A stretch of DNA of 64,000 nt, taken from the NCBI GenBank assembly GCA_051294375.1, contig CM119270.1, positions 10,776,036 to 10,840,035 on the forward strand, in the 5' to 3' direction. This document shows, piece after piece, positions 38,279 to 52,518 of the stretch. This DNA comes from Paraspadella gotoi (taxonomy: Eukaryota; Animalia; Chaetognatha). The translations under genes and the position numbers were made by a program. The notes under the pieces are model-generated. The model saw only the letters and a program-made list of their open reading frames with translations, had not been told where the DNA came from and did no database searches. The stretch's first letter is position 1. Each line of letters starts with the position of its first letter.

Positions 38279-40893
38279 TCTCTCCTCTCTCTCTCTCTCT
38301 CTCTCGTTCTCTCTCTCGCCATCACTTCCTCCTTGTCGTCTTCCTTATTTCCTCTCTCGTATTACTCTTAATTTCACGGTCGACAGCACTTTTTGTCCTC
38401 CTCTTCCTTTTCCCCTGCGTCCACATCCGTCTTCTTCCTCATCCTTCGTCCTCATAAAAGTCCTCAAAATATTATCTACCTCAGTTTTTTTTTCACAGTT
38501 AAACCCGCGTCCATTGGCTAAGCAGGAAGCTTTAATGAAAATTGCGATTGGGTAGGACGGAGGAAAGCGCAATGATCTCGGAGGTTCCCTTTCTCAGAGA
38601 TTTCCTTGGTGTTATGTTTTTGTTATTGTCGTTGTCATCTGTAGTTGTTGTTGTCCTGGTATTGTCTTTTTATGTTTAAATACGATTTTATTGAAAATAG
38701 TAAGGATAAAATTTATTTCCAAGGTTTAAATTTTAAAAAAGACAGTAAATTTCATAATACAAAAATAAACATAAATATATTTGACAAAAATTGCCTCAAA
38801 TAACCAAAGAGAAGATTTCTTAGTTTATAATAGATTTTAAACCAACATTTTTGGCGAGCAGCGAACGGGGCCTCCTTCATGTCTGAACCACCGAGGAACG
38901 AAGGCGGCGAAAAAAAAAGGAAACATACCGAAAAAGAAGGAAAAGAAGCGCAGTGTTATTAGCGAAAAAAAGGACAACCATTGTTGGAGAAAGACATTCG
39001 AAACAACATCTTGTTTTTTTTCCCTCAGTTTATCGGAGGAGCCGCGACGAAGAGAGGACATTTGGGTTATTTTAGAAAACTTCGTTTCTCTGGGAACGAG
39101 TTCCCCGATAGAACTTGTCAGTTTTTCTACTTTTTTTAATCTTTTCAATTTAGTAAAACAGAAATCCAATATTATTTTTTGATATCATGTGAATTTAAAT
39201 ACATTCATATTGTTTTTAAGTTTTTTAAAAGTTGAAACTTAAGTAAGGAAACATCTGAAAGATTAAAACCCAGAGTTGGCATTTCTTTCAGCAGACTCAA
39301 CCTATCATATTCATTTCCCCTAATATACTATATAATAAAACCAAAAAAAATTAATATTAACAGTACCATCAGCAAGTTTCTCTGTCCTTTCTCCCTTCCT
39401 ATTTTCATCTACACTTAACTTCGCATGAGAAGGCATAAAAGGGGATGTTGGCTAATTTGGTTAGTGACGGAGAGAAATGGAAAATTAGGCTTTCCTTTTC
39501 CTTTCTTCCCTTTTGTTTTTCTTTCTCCTTTGCAAAATAACATCTCTGTTTGTTTTTCAATTACTCATAGCAAAAAAAAAGGAATTTTTAATTAATAAAA
39601 TTCGTCGATCGACGATTCGGGGTTTCTTTGCGCAGGCGGCGAAAGGGAAAGAGAGATCGCGACGACTGAGAGGGAGAGTGAGAGAAAGAGAGCGGAGAGA
39701 GCAGACGTGACGACAGAGCTGAAAAACCTTTGATTCCATTTAAAGGAGATTGAGGGGATTTTTTTTGGCATGGGCATGGCGACCAGATTGGCGCCGAGAA
39801 ATAACCGGCGCCGACGAACCTGTTGCCGATGAATTTGGCGGTTTCACTTTCAAATTTACGCATCTCCCGCTTTCAGGTTTGGATCTAAGTTTTAGAAATT
39901 CCCTTTTTTATGCTAAAAGCTGTTAAATACTTAAGACTCGCTTTAAGTTAAAATTCTAACGTTGTTTAAAATCAAAGTATGATAAAAAAGACATTTGTTC
40001 GCCTTCTTCTCTTATTTTCATTTGCTTTTAGTCTGTCTAAAATACTTAATACTAAAGACTAAATACCTCAATACCAATTAATCAATACTCAAGCTCTTTC
40101 TCTTTCTCCTTTTCTCCCTCTTTTCTCTGTTTCCTTCTTATTCTCCCTTATCTTCTTTCTGCCTCTAATTTGGTTAAAAATCATGTTGTTGGCGACGAAA
40201 ATTTGTCAATTTGTTTGTCGATCCCTGCAATACGGCGGTGCTCTCTCTCTCCACTCTCTCTCCATCTCCACCAAATAAGCCTGTCGGGAACCGCAAAATT
40301 CCGTATATTCCGATATCGACAGACATAGCAAAACCCTCATCGGATTTAAAAAATTGATATTGCCGAAATCGTTATTAAAACTAATATTTTATGTTTTTCA
40401 CCCAGTTGTCTATCTTATTAAGATGAAAGATTTTGTCAATTTTTTTTATTGATTGAAGCCATTATATGTTATTTATAATTTAGATTACACAATATTTATT
40501 CTTTGATCAAGATTTTAAAATCCATTCCCTGAAACCTGAAAGTTCTTTTTTTCCCTTTAGCAGCTCAGTTGCTTCTCCATTCCCTTTCCCTCCGTTACTC
40601 GTTCCTTCATTTCTTCTTCCTCCATCTTCTCTCCTATGTTTCTACTCTTTTTCCTTTACTTCTTCTTCCTCCTCCTCCCTCACCTCCTCCTCCTCCTTAT
40701 TCTTGTCTTCCTGCTAATTCGATCCGTTTTTTAAACGAAATTTCGATTCTGAAAATCTTCGCCTCGAAATTTAAAGATGGAAAGAGAAGAAAAAAAAAAA
40801 AGCATGAATCAACGACAAAAGGACGCAATAGAAGATGCATATAATTTAATCAACATATTAACAAACACTTCAACGAGAGAGAGAGAGAGAGAG

Positions 40894-40937
<44 letters not shown>

Positions 40938-41547
40938 AGACGAGAGCAGAGCAGAAGAAGTGAGCGGAGAGATTTACAGTATCAGACTTAGGGTAGTGAG
41001 CACGAATAGTAGCGAGAAACAATCTGCTAGGAATGCCTCATCAGCAGTCCTCAGCTCTAGCAGAGTGGCAGTCTGAAGAAGGATCGCTTTAAAAAAAGTG
41101 GGAATCGTTTCACTTTGTGGTCAAACAGGACTGACAAGAAGTCTTGACGATCGGAGCGTACCGACTGTCACCAGGAAAGGTGCAAGTTTCCAATGCTGAG
41201 ATTTGTTAAATGGTACGGTGCATTGACAAAGTACACAAGACTGGCCAAGGGGTGGACGACGATGACGACGAAGACGACACGTTCAATAGATCGGACAATA
41301 ACAACGACGACGACATGACGACTCGAAAACAGAAAATCCTTTTTTTTTCTTCTTTTGTCACCAACAGCAAATAAACACAGTAAACCAATATCGTCGTCTG
41401 TTTTGTTTGTTGTCGTCGTCGCCCCCTTCGTTTCTGGGCTTTTATTTTCCTTGTTGCTTATTGTTATTATTCTTCGCTCATTCGTTCTTTGTTTAGTTCG
41501 TGACCCCATCACGCGCTAAATCAATACAAACAATTTTCAATGAAATG

Positions 41548-41588
<41 letters not shown>

Positions 41589-42940
41589 CCTCTCTCTCTC
41601 TCATCTCTCTCTCTCGTCTCTCTCTCTCTCTCTCTCTTTCTCTTCCTTCTCTCTTTTCTCTCCACCTTGTGAATTTTTTCCTCCATCCGCCATAATTGTT
41701 ATTCCATATCTCTCTTCTTTTTCTTTATCTTCTCTCTCCTTTTTCCCTACGAAATACCCTCGCCTCTCTCTGTTCAAACACACATTTAAATCAACCCTCA
41801 TTTCTCTCGTTTGATCTTTACCTCGCGTCTTCCCTCCTTTTCTTCCCTTTTTTCAACCTCTATCTGCAAGAAGTCTCTTTCTCTCCTTTTCTTTATACAT
41901 CCTCCTCTTCACTTTCCTTTTTTCCCTCTCTTAATCCTGTTCCTCTCTTTTCTCCTTAAATCTTTTCTCTCTCTCTCTCTCCCTCCTCTCTCTCCTCTCT
42001 CTCTCTCTCGTCTCTCTCTTCTCCTCTCTCTCTCTCTGTAAATTTACTCTAATCCTTAATCGCGCCTTCTCTTCTTTACCATGCCAACGGCTTCGTTCTG
42101 CTGCCTTCAGACTCCTCTCTATTCTCTCTCCTATTTTCTCCTTTTCCCCTCTTCCGCTACATCCTTCCTTCTCCTTTAATCCTTCTTCCCTATCCTTGCT
42201 TCCCTTTTCACCCTCTTCCCCAATCCTACCTCTCCCTTTTCCCTTATTCTCCTAATCTTCCCAATCACACCTTTTCCCCTCTTCCTAATCTTTCCTTTCC
42301 CATTTCTCTTCTTCACTAATCTCCCTTCCCCTGTTTCCCTAATCCTCCTTCCCTTTTCTCCTCCTTCCATATTCCTCCCTTCCCCATTTTCCCCTTCTTC
42401 CCTAATCCTCCCTTCCCATTCTTCAAACCGCTCGATCTTTACTGACAGGGTTTCACGTCTTAACTTTAACTCTTTCCCTCATATTTTTTTTTCTGCGACC
42501 TTAACTAAAAAAATTAGAATCCAATAAATAAACACTCAGGCGCGCGAAAATTTCGGGGAACGAACAAGCGCCATTATCTCTGCCTCGGCGCTCGAGCCCT
42601 CGCATGGGGCAGGAGGCAGGGAGGCCAGAGGGGCCAGCAGCCGATGTTGAAAGGGTAAGTCGGCAGTTCGGCATAATTGGGGTATTCAAGGTCGTAGGAA
42701 CTGGGGCAGAGAAACGGAAAGACGCGACAGAAGAAAAAAGTAATCCTAAGTATGTTAATTTAATAAACAGTTTGCACTCTCTCTCTCTCTCTACTCAACT
42801 ATCCTCCCCTCCTTGTTTATTATTCTACGGTATATATAAACCTCGGAAATTCAAAACAACAGAAAAAAAAAGAGCAGAGATGAGAAATATGAAAGTTAGT
42901 GACGAGAGAGAGACGAGAACGAGAGATGAGAGCATGAGGA

Positions 42941-43010
<70 letters not shown>

Positions 43011-44830
43011 AACTTTCATTATTTCTCATTCTCTGCTTTTTTTTTCTGTTGTTTTGAATTTCCATTTATATATACCTAGAATATAGAACAGAGAGAGAGA
43101 TAGTGAGAGAGAGAGAGAGAGTCAAACTGTATTAAATTACTATCTATAGATACTTTTTTTCTTCTTCCGTCTTTCCGTTTTCTCCCCCGTTCCACACCTT
43201 GAAACCCCAATTATGCCGAACTCCGACTTACCCTTTCACTCCTCTGCCCCTCGGCCTCCCTGCCTCCCTGCCCCTCGAGGCTCGAGCCGAGGGCAGAGAT
43301 AATGCGCTTGTTCGTCCCCGAATTTTCGCCCCTTATGTTTATTTATGGATTCTATTTTTTTTTAAGGGTCGAGAAAAAAAATATGAGGGAAGAAGTTAAG
43401 ATTAAACGTGAAACCCGTCAGTAAAGATCGAGCGTTGAAAATGGGAAGGGAGGATTAGGGAAGAGGGGAAATGGGGAAGGGAGGATATGGGAAGAGGAGA
43501 AAAGGGGAAGGGAGGATTAGGGAAAAGGGGAAGGGAGATTAGTGAAGAAAGAAATGGGAAAGGAAAGAATTAGGAAGAGGGGAAAAAGTGTGATGGGAAA
43601 GATTAGGAGAATAAGGGGAAAAGGGAAGAGGAGGATTGGGGAAGAGGTTGAAAAGGGAAGCAAGGTAGGGAAGAGGATTAGAAGGAGAAGGAAGGATGTA
43701 GCGGAAGAGTGGGAAAAGGAGAAAATAGGAAGAGAGAATAGAGAGGAGTCTGAAGGAGCAGAACGAAGCCGTGGCATGGTAAAAAGAGAAGCCGATTTAA
43801 GGATAGAGTAAATTACGAGAGAGAGGAGAGAGGAGAAGAGAGAGACGAGAGAGAGAGAGAGAGGAGGAGAGGAGGGAGAAGAGAGAGAGAAAAGATTTAA
43901 TGGAGAAAAGAGAGAACCAGGATTAAGAGGGGAAAAAAGGAAAGATGAAGGAGGGATTTAAAAGAAAAGGAGAAAAGAGACTTCGTTGAGTAGAGTTGAA
44001 AAAAGGAAGAAAAAGGAGGGAAGACGCGAGGGTAAAGATCAAAGAGAGAATAGAGGGTGATAAATTGGTGACAGAGAGAGGCGAGGGATTTCGTGGGAAA
44101 AGAGAGAGAAGATAAAGAAAAAGGAAAGAGATATGGAAAACAATATGGCGNNNNNNNNNNNNNNNNNNNNNNNNNNNNNNNNNNNNNNNNNNNNNNNNNN
44201 NNNNNNNNNNNNNNNNNNNNNNNNNNNNNNNNNNNNNNNNNNNNNNNNNNNNNNNNNNNNNNNNNNNNNNNNNNNNNNNNNNNNNNNNNNNNNNNNNNNN
44301 NNNNNGCGTGATGGGTCACGAACTAAAACAAAGAAACGAATGAGGCGAAAATAATAACAATAACAACAAGGAAAAAAAAACCCAGAACGAGGAGGGCGAC
44401 GACGACAACCAAAACAAAACAGACGACGATATTGGTTACTGGTTTATTTCCTGTTGGTGACAAGAAGAAGAAAAAAGGATTTCTTTTTCGACGTCGTCAT
44501 GTCGTCGTCGTTGTTATTGTCGTCTTGACGTCGTCGTCTTCGTCGTCATCGTCGTCCACCCCTTGGCCGTCTTGTTACTTGTCAATCACCGACCATTTAA
44601 CAATTCACATTGGAAACTTCACCTTCCTGGTGACATCGGTCGCTCCCTCGTCACTTCTTGTCAGTCATTTGCCACGAAAGTGAAACGATTCCACTTTTTT
44701 TAAAGCGATCCTTCCTTCAGACGCCACTCTTGCTAGACTGAGGACTGCTGATGAGCAATTCCTAGCAGATTGTTTCTCGCTACTATTGCTGCTACACTAC
44801 CCTAAGTCTGATACTGTAAATTCTCTCCCT

Positions 44831-44867
<37 letters not shown>

Positions 44868-47369
44868 CTTCTCTCTCTACTCGGTCTCCTTCTCTCATAA
44901 CTCTCTCTCTCTCTCTGTTTGAGTGTTTGTTAAATATGTTTAAAATTATATGCATCTTCTATTGCGTCTTTTGTCGTTGTTCATCTTTTTATTTTTTTCT
45001 TCTTCTTTCATCTTTAATTTCGAGCGAAGATTTCAGAATCGAATTTCGTTAAAAACGGAATTCGAATTAGCGAAGACAAAGAATAAGGAGGAGGAGGAGG
45101 AGGAGGAGGAGAAGAAGAAGTAAGAGGAAAAAGAGTAGAAACAAGGAGAGAAGATGGAGGAAGAAGAAATGAAGGACGAGTAACGGAGGAAAGGAATGGA
45201 GAAGCAAACTGACTGCTAAAAGGGAAAAAAAGAACTTTCAGTTTCAGGGAATGGATTTAAATCTTTGATCAAGATAATATTGTGCTAATCATAAATTTAA
45301 ATACATATAATGCTTCAACAATAGAAAAAATTGACAAAATCTTCATCTTAATAAATAACACTGGGTGAAAAACATAAAATATTAGTTTAATAAACGTTTC
45401 GCAATATACATTTTTAAAATCCGATGAGGGTTTTGCTATTTCTGTCGATATCGGAATAACGGAAGTTTTGCGGTTCCCCGACAGGCTATTTTGGTGGAGA
45501 TGGAGAGAGAGTGGAGAGAGAGAGACGCCGTTTCAGGGATCGACAAACAAAATTTGACAAATTTCGTCGCCAACAAACATGATTTTTAACCAAATAAGAG
45601 CAGAAAGAAGATAGGGAGAATAAAGAAGGAAACAGAGAAAGAGGGAGAAGGAGAAAGAGAAAGAGCTTGAGTATTGAGTATTGAGTATTGAGTATTTTAG
45701 TCTTAGTATTAGTATTTTAGACAGACTAAAACAAATGAAATAAGAGAAGAGGCGACAATGTCTTTTTTATCATACTTTGATTTTAACAACGTAAAATTTT
45801 AACTTAAAGCGAGTCTAGTATTAAGCTTTGCATAAAAAGGGAAATTCTTAAACTTAGATCAAACTGAAAGCGGAGATCGTAAATTTGAAAGTGAAACGCC
45901 CAATTCATCGGCACAGGATTCGTCGGCGCCGGTATTCTCGGCGCCAATCTGGTCTCGCCTGCCAAAAAAACTCCCCTCAATCTCCTTAAATGGAATCAAG
46001 GTTTTCGCTCTGTCTCACTCGCTCTCTCGCTCTCTTTCTCTCACTCTCGCTCTCGTGCGTCGCGATCTCTTTTCCCTTCGCCTGCGCAAGAAACCCGAAT
46101 CGTCGATCGACGATTTATTATTAAAAATTCCTTTTTTTTTCTATGAGAATAAAAACAGAGTAAGTGTTTTTGCAAAGGAGAAAGAAAAACAAAGGGAAGA
46201 AGGAAAGGAAACCAATTTTCCATTTTCTCTCCGTCACTAACCAAATTAGCCAACTCCCTTTTATCCCTTCTCATGCGAATTAGTGTAATGAAAATAGGAA
46301 GGGAGGAAAGGACAGAGAAACTTGCTGATGTGTACTTTAATTAATTTGTTTTTGTTTTATTATATATATATAGGGGGAAATGAATATATAGTTGAGTCTG
46401 CTGAAAGAAGATCCAACTCTGGTTTTATCTTTCAGATGTTCTTACTTAAGTTTCAACTTTTAAAAAACTTAAAAAACAATATGAATGTAATTTAAATTCA
46501 CTGTATCCAAAAAATATTGGATTTCTGTTTTACTAAATTGAAAAGGATTAAAAAATAGAAAAAACTGACAAGTTTCTATCGCAGACTCGTTCCCGAAACG
46601 AAGTTTCTAAAAATAACCCAAATGTCCTCTCTTCGTCGCCTCTCTCCGATAACTGAGGGAAAAAAAACAAGACTGCTTGTTTCGAAATTCTTTCCAACAA
46701 GTTTCCTTTTTTTCGCTAATAACACTCGCTTCTTTTCCTTCTTTTTCGGATGTTTTTCCTTTTTTTTTCGCCCCTTCGTTTCCTCGGGTTCAGACAGAGG
46801 AGGCCCCGTTCGCGCCTCCAAAAATGTTGGTTTAAAATCGTATTATAAACTAAGAAATCTTCTCTTGGTATCTTGAGGCCAATTTTTTTGTCAAAATATT
46901 ATGTTTATTTTTTGTATTATGAAATTTACTGTCTTTTTAAAATTTAAACCTTGGAATAATTTTCACCTTACTTTTCAGAAAAAATCGTATTTAACAATAA
47001 AAAACAAATACAACAACAACAACTACAGAGACAACGACAATAACAAAAACAACACCAAGAAATCTCTGAGAAAGGAACCTCCGAGATCATTGCCTTTCCT
47101 CCGTCCTACCCAATCGAATTTTCATAAAGCTTCCTGCTTAGCCAATGGACGCGGTTTAACTGGTGAAAAAAAAACTGGGTAAATATTTTGAGGACTTGTT
47201 ATGAGGACGAGGATGAGGAAGAAGACGGGGTGGACGCAGGGGAAAAGGAAGAGGAGGACAAAAAGTGCTTCGACGTGAAATTAGAGAGTAAACGAAGAGA
47301 GGAAATAAGGAAGACGACAAGGAGGAAGATGTAGGGAGAGAGAGAGAGAGAAGAGAGAGAGAGGAGAGA

Positions 47370-47420
<51 letters not shown>

Positions 47421-48346
47421 AAAGTGGAAAAGTGTTGACCCGGTGAGAAATTTCGTGGGATTCGGAAATGGCGAGAAGAGACCAAAACAAAGATGAAAAG
47501 GCAAGAAAGAAAGTTAAAAAGAAAATAAAGAGGGAAGAAAGAGAAAAAGACGAAAAAAAAAGAAATAAAGAAATAAAGAAACGAGAATTAAGAAAAAGAA
47601 AAAGAAATCTACAGTTTAAACTTTTGATTAGAAGCACTGAATGACTGTTTCAACTCTACCGAGTTACGACATAAATTAACCTTGCATTTATATCAATTTT
47701 TTTTTAAATTTGCTACTTTGTTAATTAGTAATTAATTATATAGCTTTAAGTACGGAAAGTAAACCTCCATTCTGGAAAAAAGCAAAGTCAGCATGTACAT
47801 AATTATGTTAAAAATTTTTTTTACAGTTTAGGATATTAAAGTATTACTATAACATTATGACATTACAGATTTCAAGGTTTTCAGAAAGGTCAGCAAATCT
47901 GCAACAAAACCTTTCATCATGCGAAAAGTATTTGACAACCAGCACATTGGACAATGGTCAGTTAATATAGCAGTAGTGCTAAATTGGCATCACGTTTAGT
48001 CAGATATCAGTAAAGTCCGCTTTAACATGGAGCAGTGTTGACCGTTCGCCTTTTAAATGGAAGCAGAGTCAGCAAATCTGCTTGTCAGATTGTAGCTGAT
48101 TCGGCATGTCACCTTGTCAGATGGCTGCTTAGTTGACATGGAGCCTTTACAGCTAGCCGCAGAGTCGGCAATTCCGCTTGTCAGATAGCAGCTACGTTGT
48201 CAGATTGCGAATCGCCGAGTCACCGACTGAGTTCGTCTGATTATCATTTCTAATGACGTCTCCCATTTCCGGTGCGGGAGGAATCAACACAATCGGAGGG
48301 AAAGAATGGGGACGAAGGACTGAATATGAGCCGAGGAACCACCGGG

Positions 48347-48429
<83 letters not shown>

Positions 48430-49322
48430 CCTTCCCATTCTTTTACTCTGAAAGAGAACGGTTGTACAAAGCAACCGAACCGAGCCGGAATATTTGAATA
48501 CTACCCAGCCCATTGTTACGTGCACTCTTTTACTATGATAGCAGTTATAAATCAAACCAGAAGGACGAGAACTGCTAATTTATTTAAGCACTAAAAAAGA
48601 AAAAAATGGGTTTATGATTGATTTTTTAAATATTTTTTTTTTTTATTTCGCCAATTTTTATTCATTTTTATTTCGTTTATTTTATAGAATTACTCCTCGT
48701 TTGTGCTGATCTGGTTGATGGAATAAATGAAAAGAAAAGGTTCGACTTTGTTGGCATTAAAAAGGGGAAAAAGATCAAAAAGGGTCCGAAGAAAGTTGCC
48801 AAATCAATAACCATTTCTTTTTTCAAATTTGACATTTATTTTTGATTTGCGGAATTCCAAAAGTTTGACGTTTCGTTTTGTTTTCAATCAGATTCTCCTT
48901 TTGTCACTTAGGATCTTTCAGTTCAACTGTTGTTTTTATTTTGTGGGAATGGGTTGGGGTCATTTTTTGACCAGGTCATGATTCGACCCGGTCAAGATTC
49001 TATCCAAACGTTTGTCGTTCGGCAGTCGGAGAAGATTTTTCAGAAATGGGGTCAGAAGGATCTCATTTATTGTGGTCGGTGGAGTTGGAAATGGGGAACT
49101 TTTGACAAGGTCGCCACAGCGATCATCTTCCTTCATCTTTGGTCGACAGTTTTTTTTATTCCCTTGTTCGTTATTTTGCTCGTTCTTTCGTTCTTTTCTG
49201 TTTGTTCGTTTGTTCGCTCGTTCGTTCCTCCGTTCATTCAAGATAATCTTATTCGGCTCTCCTCGCAAATTCCCATAATACTAAAATGCATTCCCTTCTC
49301 TACTGATCCCCTTTCATCCTTT

Positions 49323-49374
<52 letters not shown>

Positions 49375-50222
49375 AAAGCCTTTATTCATATTCCTCCCTC
49401 TTCTTTTCTTCTTTATTCCCAATTCGCTTTCGCCCTTCCTTCTTCCTTCTTCTGTCAATCTGGAGAGATTTGCCTTCTTTCCTATTCTTTCTTTTCATTC
49501 TCTCTTTCTATTCTCCCTTTTATTTTTTTTTAAATTTACTTATAATATTAGCTTCTGAATTACTGATGCATGTATTTTTTTTGCTTTTTTACCTCTTTTT
49601 AGTTACGAGCAAGCAGCCCTCATTCTTAGCACTTTCACGTTTTTTTTCCTTTTTATTACAATCATTTTCATACATCATCTAAAAAAGGATTCCAACAGTT
49701 GACTGAGTTTCTGATCTGATTTGTTTTCCTTTTATTCCCTCCTTGCTATTTATGTACATATTATTAGTTATTAGTACCTACACTAACCATAGCCGATGAA
49801 ATTTAAATGCTGATGTATACAGCGCTAAAATAATCTATTATGAGCATACATAAAAGTTTTAAAATATTTTTTGTCAAAAATGTTTTCGTCTGTGGGTACT
49901 AGCCTAATTAAAATTATTATATTACTATATACGTAAAGAAAAAAATGTTTGATGATTTCTTTTAGAGCAAAAAAATTTAACAAAAAATATAATTACAGCT
50001 TTTAAAAATTCTTACATTTTCTAAGTAAAAATAAAAAAAAACTGATAAAATCGAAATCAAAATCGAAAGATGATTATGATAACAATTTTTTATGGGAGAA
50101 TAACTAAATTCGTTTTAATAACAATTGTTTTTATTATTACAATAAAAATCGCACTCATGTTGATTTCGTGTCTTCATCAGCATTTAAAATCGTTAGTGTT
50201 TCAGTTTCACAAACATTTGGTT

Positions 50223-50289
<67 letters not shown>

Positions 50290-50896
50290 TGAGTAAAGGA
50301 TAGTGGTCAAAAATTAATTTTCTATTATTAGATTTATTATTAGATTTAATAAACATTTTTTTTATAATCATATCCTTTGATAAGGATAGCTCCAATCAGA
50401 ATTCAAAAATATACAGTTAAGCATTTTTTGTCATTTAGCACCTCTAGTATCTCATGAACAGACAACAACAGTAGAAGACCTTTCAATTATCAGTGGAGAT
50501 AAAGCCAAACAACTCTGTTCTTTAAAGTTTAATAACGATTTTCATTTACTTAATTTTATTGTTGATATATCAGTTTTAGTTTTCGTCACACTGTAAAATT
50601 GGCCTAGCGAATTTTCATTTTTAATTTTTCATTTTTCAATTTTCATAACGATTTTCATTTACTTAATTTTATTATTGATGTATCAGTTTTAGTTTTCGTC
50701 ACACTGTAAAATTGGCCTAGCGAATTTTTGACTTTTTGATCTTAGGGAATAGTTTCACATTTGTTTCAAAAAATTAGATGTCCTTTATCATTTCTTGTAT
50801 TTATACTCCGCGCTAGTGGTCACTGGTCAGATGTGATGACAGGTGATAGTGATGACAGGGAAGGAGGGAGAGCAATAAAATTTGAAATTGATGAAA

Positions 50897-50947
<51 letters not shown>

Positions 50948-51471
50948 GAATATTATTGTAATAATAAAAACAATTGTTGTTAAAACGAATTTCGTTATTC
51001 TCCACATTAAATTTAACACTAACAACAAAAAAAAGGGTAATTGCAATGTCATAAAAATATCTAAAAAAGAATTATATTATACTAGACAGCTATCTGAATC
51101 GGTTCTCAAAAATTAAAATTTCTCCAAAAAGATTTTGGCTTTGCCTATCTATAAATAAATATTAAAAAATTAATTGCTTGGGTAAATGAAAATTTTTTTG
51201 TCCATTGAAATTATACTTAAAAATGTAAAAAATTTCGTTTGAGCATATACTCACTCAAAATTTTTGACTCATCCCATTAAGTAGGGCTACCTCTACCAAC
51301 ACTTTTTTTCCCCAATGTCTTTTTTTATCTTTGTTCTTTTCTTTTTTTTTCCGCCAGATTTACATGTAGCTTCTCTTTCCTTTTCTTTACCTTTCATTTT
51401 TTTCACCTTGACTCCTGCATCCAGAAAAGCGTTTTCTCGTCCCTGAGGGAAAAACCATGAAAACGACAGAA

Positions 51472-51526
<55 letters not shown>

Positions 51527-51637
51527 TTTATAGTTGAGAGAAGAAAACAACACCGAAGACAAATTCATCAACACTCTCGGTGAAAATGAAAAAAAAATTG
51601 AAATGACCATGAGGAAGGGAAAGTGGAAAAGCCAGCA

Positions 51638-51676
<39 letters not shown>

Positions 51677-51822
51677 GAGAGGAAGTAGAGAGAGAGAGTC
51701 CTTGACTCTTCCATCCGGCCGGGTCAGCGGCCGCCTTCGCTTCCACGCCATCGCGCTTGACTGAGCGTCAAGCGACGACCGTGACACGCCTGACATTTAG
51801 CCTCTGTGTTTCCGGTCACACG

Positions 51823-51856
<34 letters not shown>

Positions 51857-52518
51857 CCTCTCTCCTCTCTCTCTCTCTCTGCTCTACCCGTTATTTTTCT
51901 ATTTTTTAAAATAATATTCTTTTCCTTATCACCGAATTCCCCCCGCCCTTTCATGATCACATTGCTCCCGAGCCACACCTCACCTCATGCAGCTTCGCCC
52001 ATCACGTGTATCACCACCAAGAAAAGTTCACAAGCTATCTCTGTCTCGAAAACCTTTCCGATTGTTCACGCATTCACCTTTTCACCTCTATGAAGCTGAC
52101 AACGCATCAGGCAAAGCCTAACAAGGACTTCTTATATAATCACTATCACTCACTCACCTCGTTAATAGAAAGCCGCTATATTGTATGTATAATTGTATAT
52201 TGTATATGTAACTCCAAAATTTTCGAGCCAGAATTAATCTCTTCCGGTCCTAAAACCCAATCAAAAAATATCCCTGTTGCCAAATTCATTTTCTCTTTCA
52301 TCCAAAAACTTACTCTCTTTCTCATTCCTTCTTCAGTCTGCACTCAAACCTTTCTGTCGATATCTCTCTCGTTCGTACGTCCGAGAAAAACGTTGAGTTT
52401 CTTGATATCGCAGTCGATTTGCCCCAGTCGTTGTTGTCGTCGTAGTCGTCGTAGTCGTCGTCGTCGTCGTCTCATATTAATGATTTTTTTCTTTCGTTGC
52501 ATAATTTTCAACCTCATA

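Larger units (their letters stand above)
32612..51070. repeat. Giant inverted duplication: left arm 32612-42975 (~10.4 kb), right arm 42976-51070 (~8.1 kb), no spacer
   Basis: Centre reads ...gaaagttagtga(GA)n|(TC)n actaactttc...; arms are collinear out to tttttatgacattg (~32630) / caatgtcataaaaa (~51045). The left arm starts at the 25-N gap 32582-32606. Confidence 0.95.

Noticed and set aside
41165-41260. CKFP...WYG peptide resembling the host-gene motif
   Set aside because: The mirror copy at ~44560-44640 does not keep the frame, and there are no splice sites.
43440-43700. Interstitial TTAGG telomeric repeat
   Set aside because: Only scattered TTAGG words in a purine-rich low-complexity tract; not tandem.
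44740-44790. CTGATGAG as a hammerhead core (mirror ~41010-41050)
   Set aside because: No stem II closed by GAAA downstream.
48930-49682. 250-aa hydrophobic ORF
   Set aside because: T/C-rich low complexity; the frame is not preserved in the mirror arm (36001-36543).
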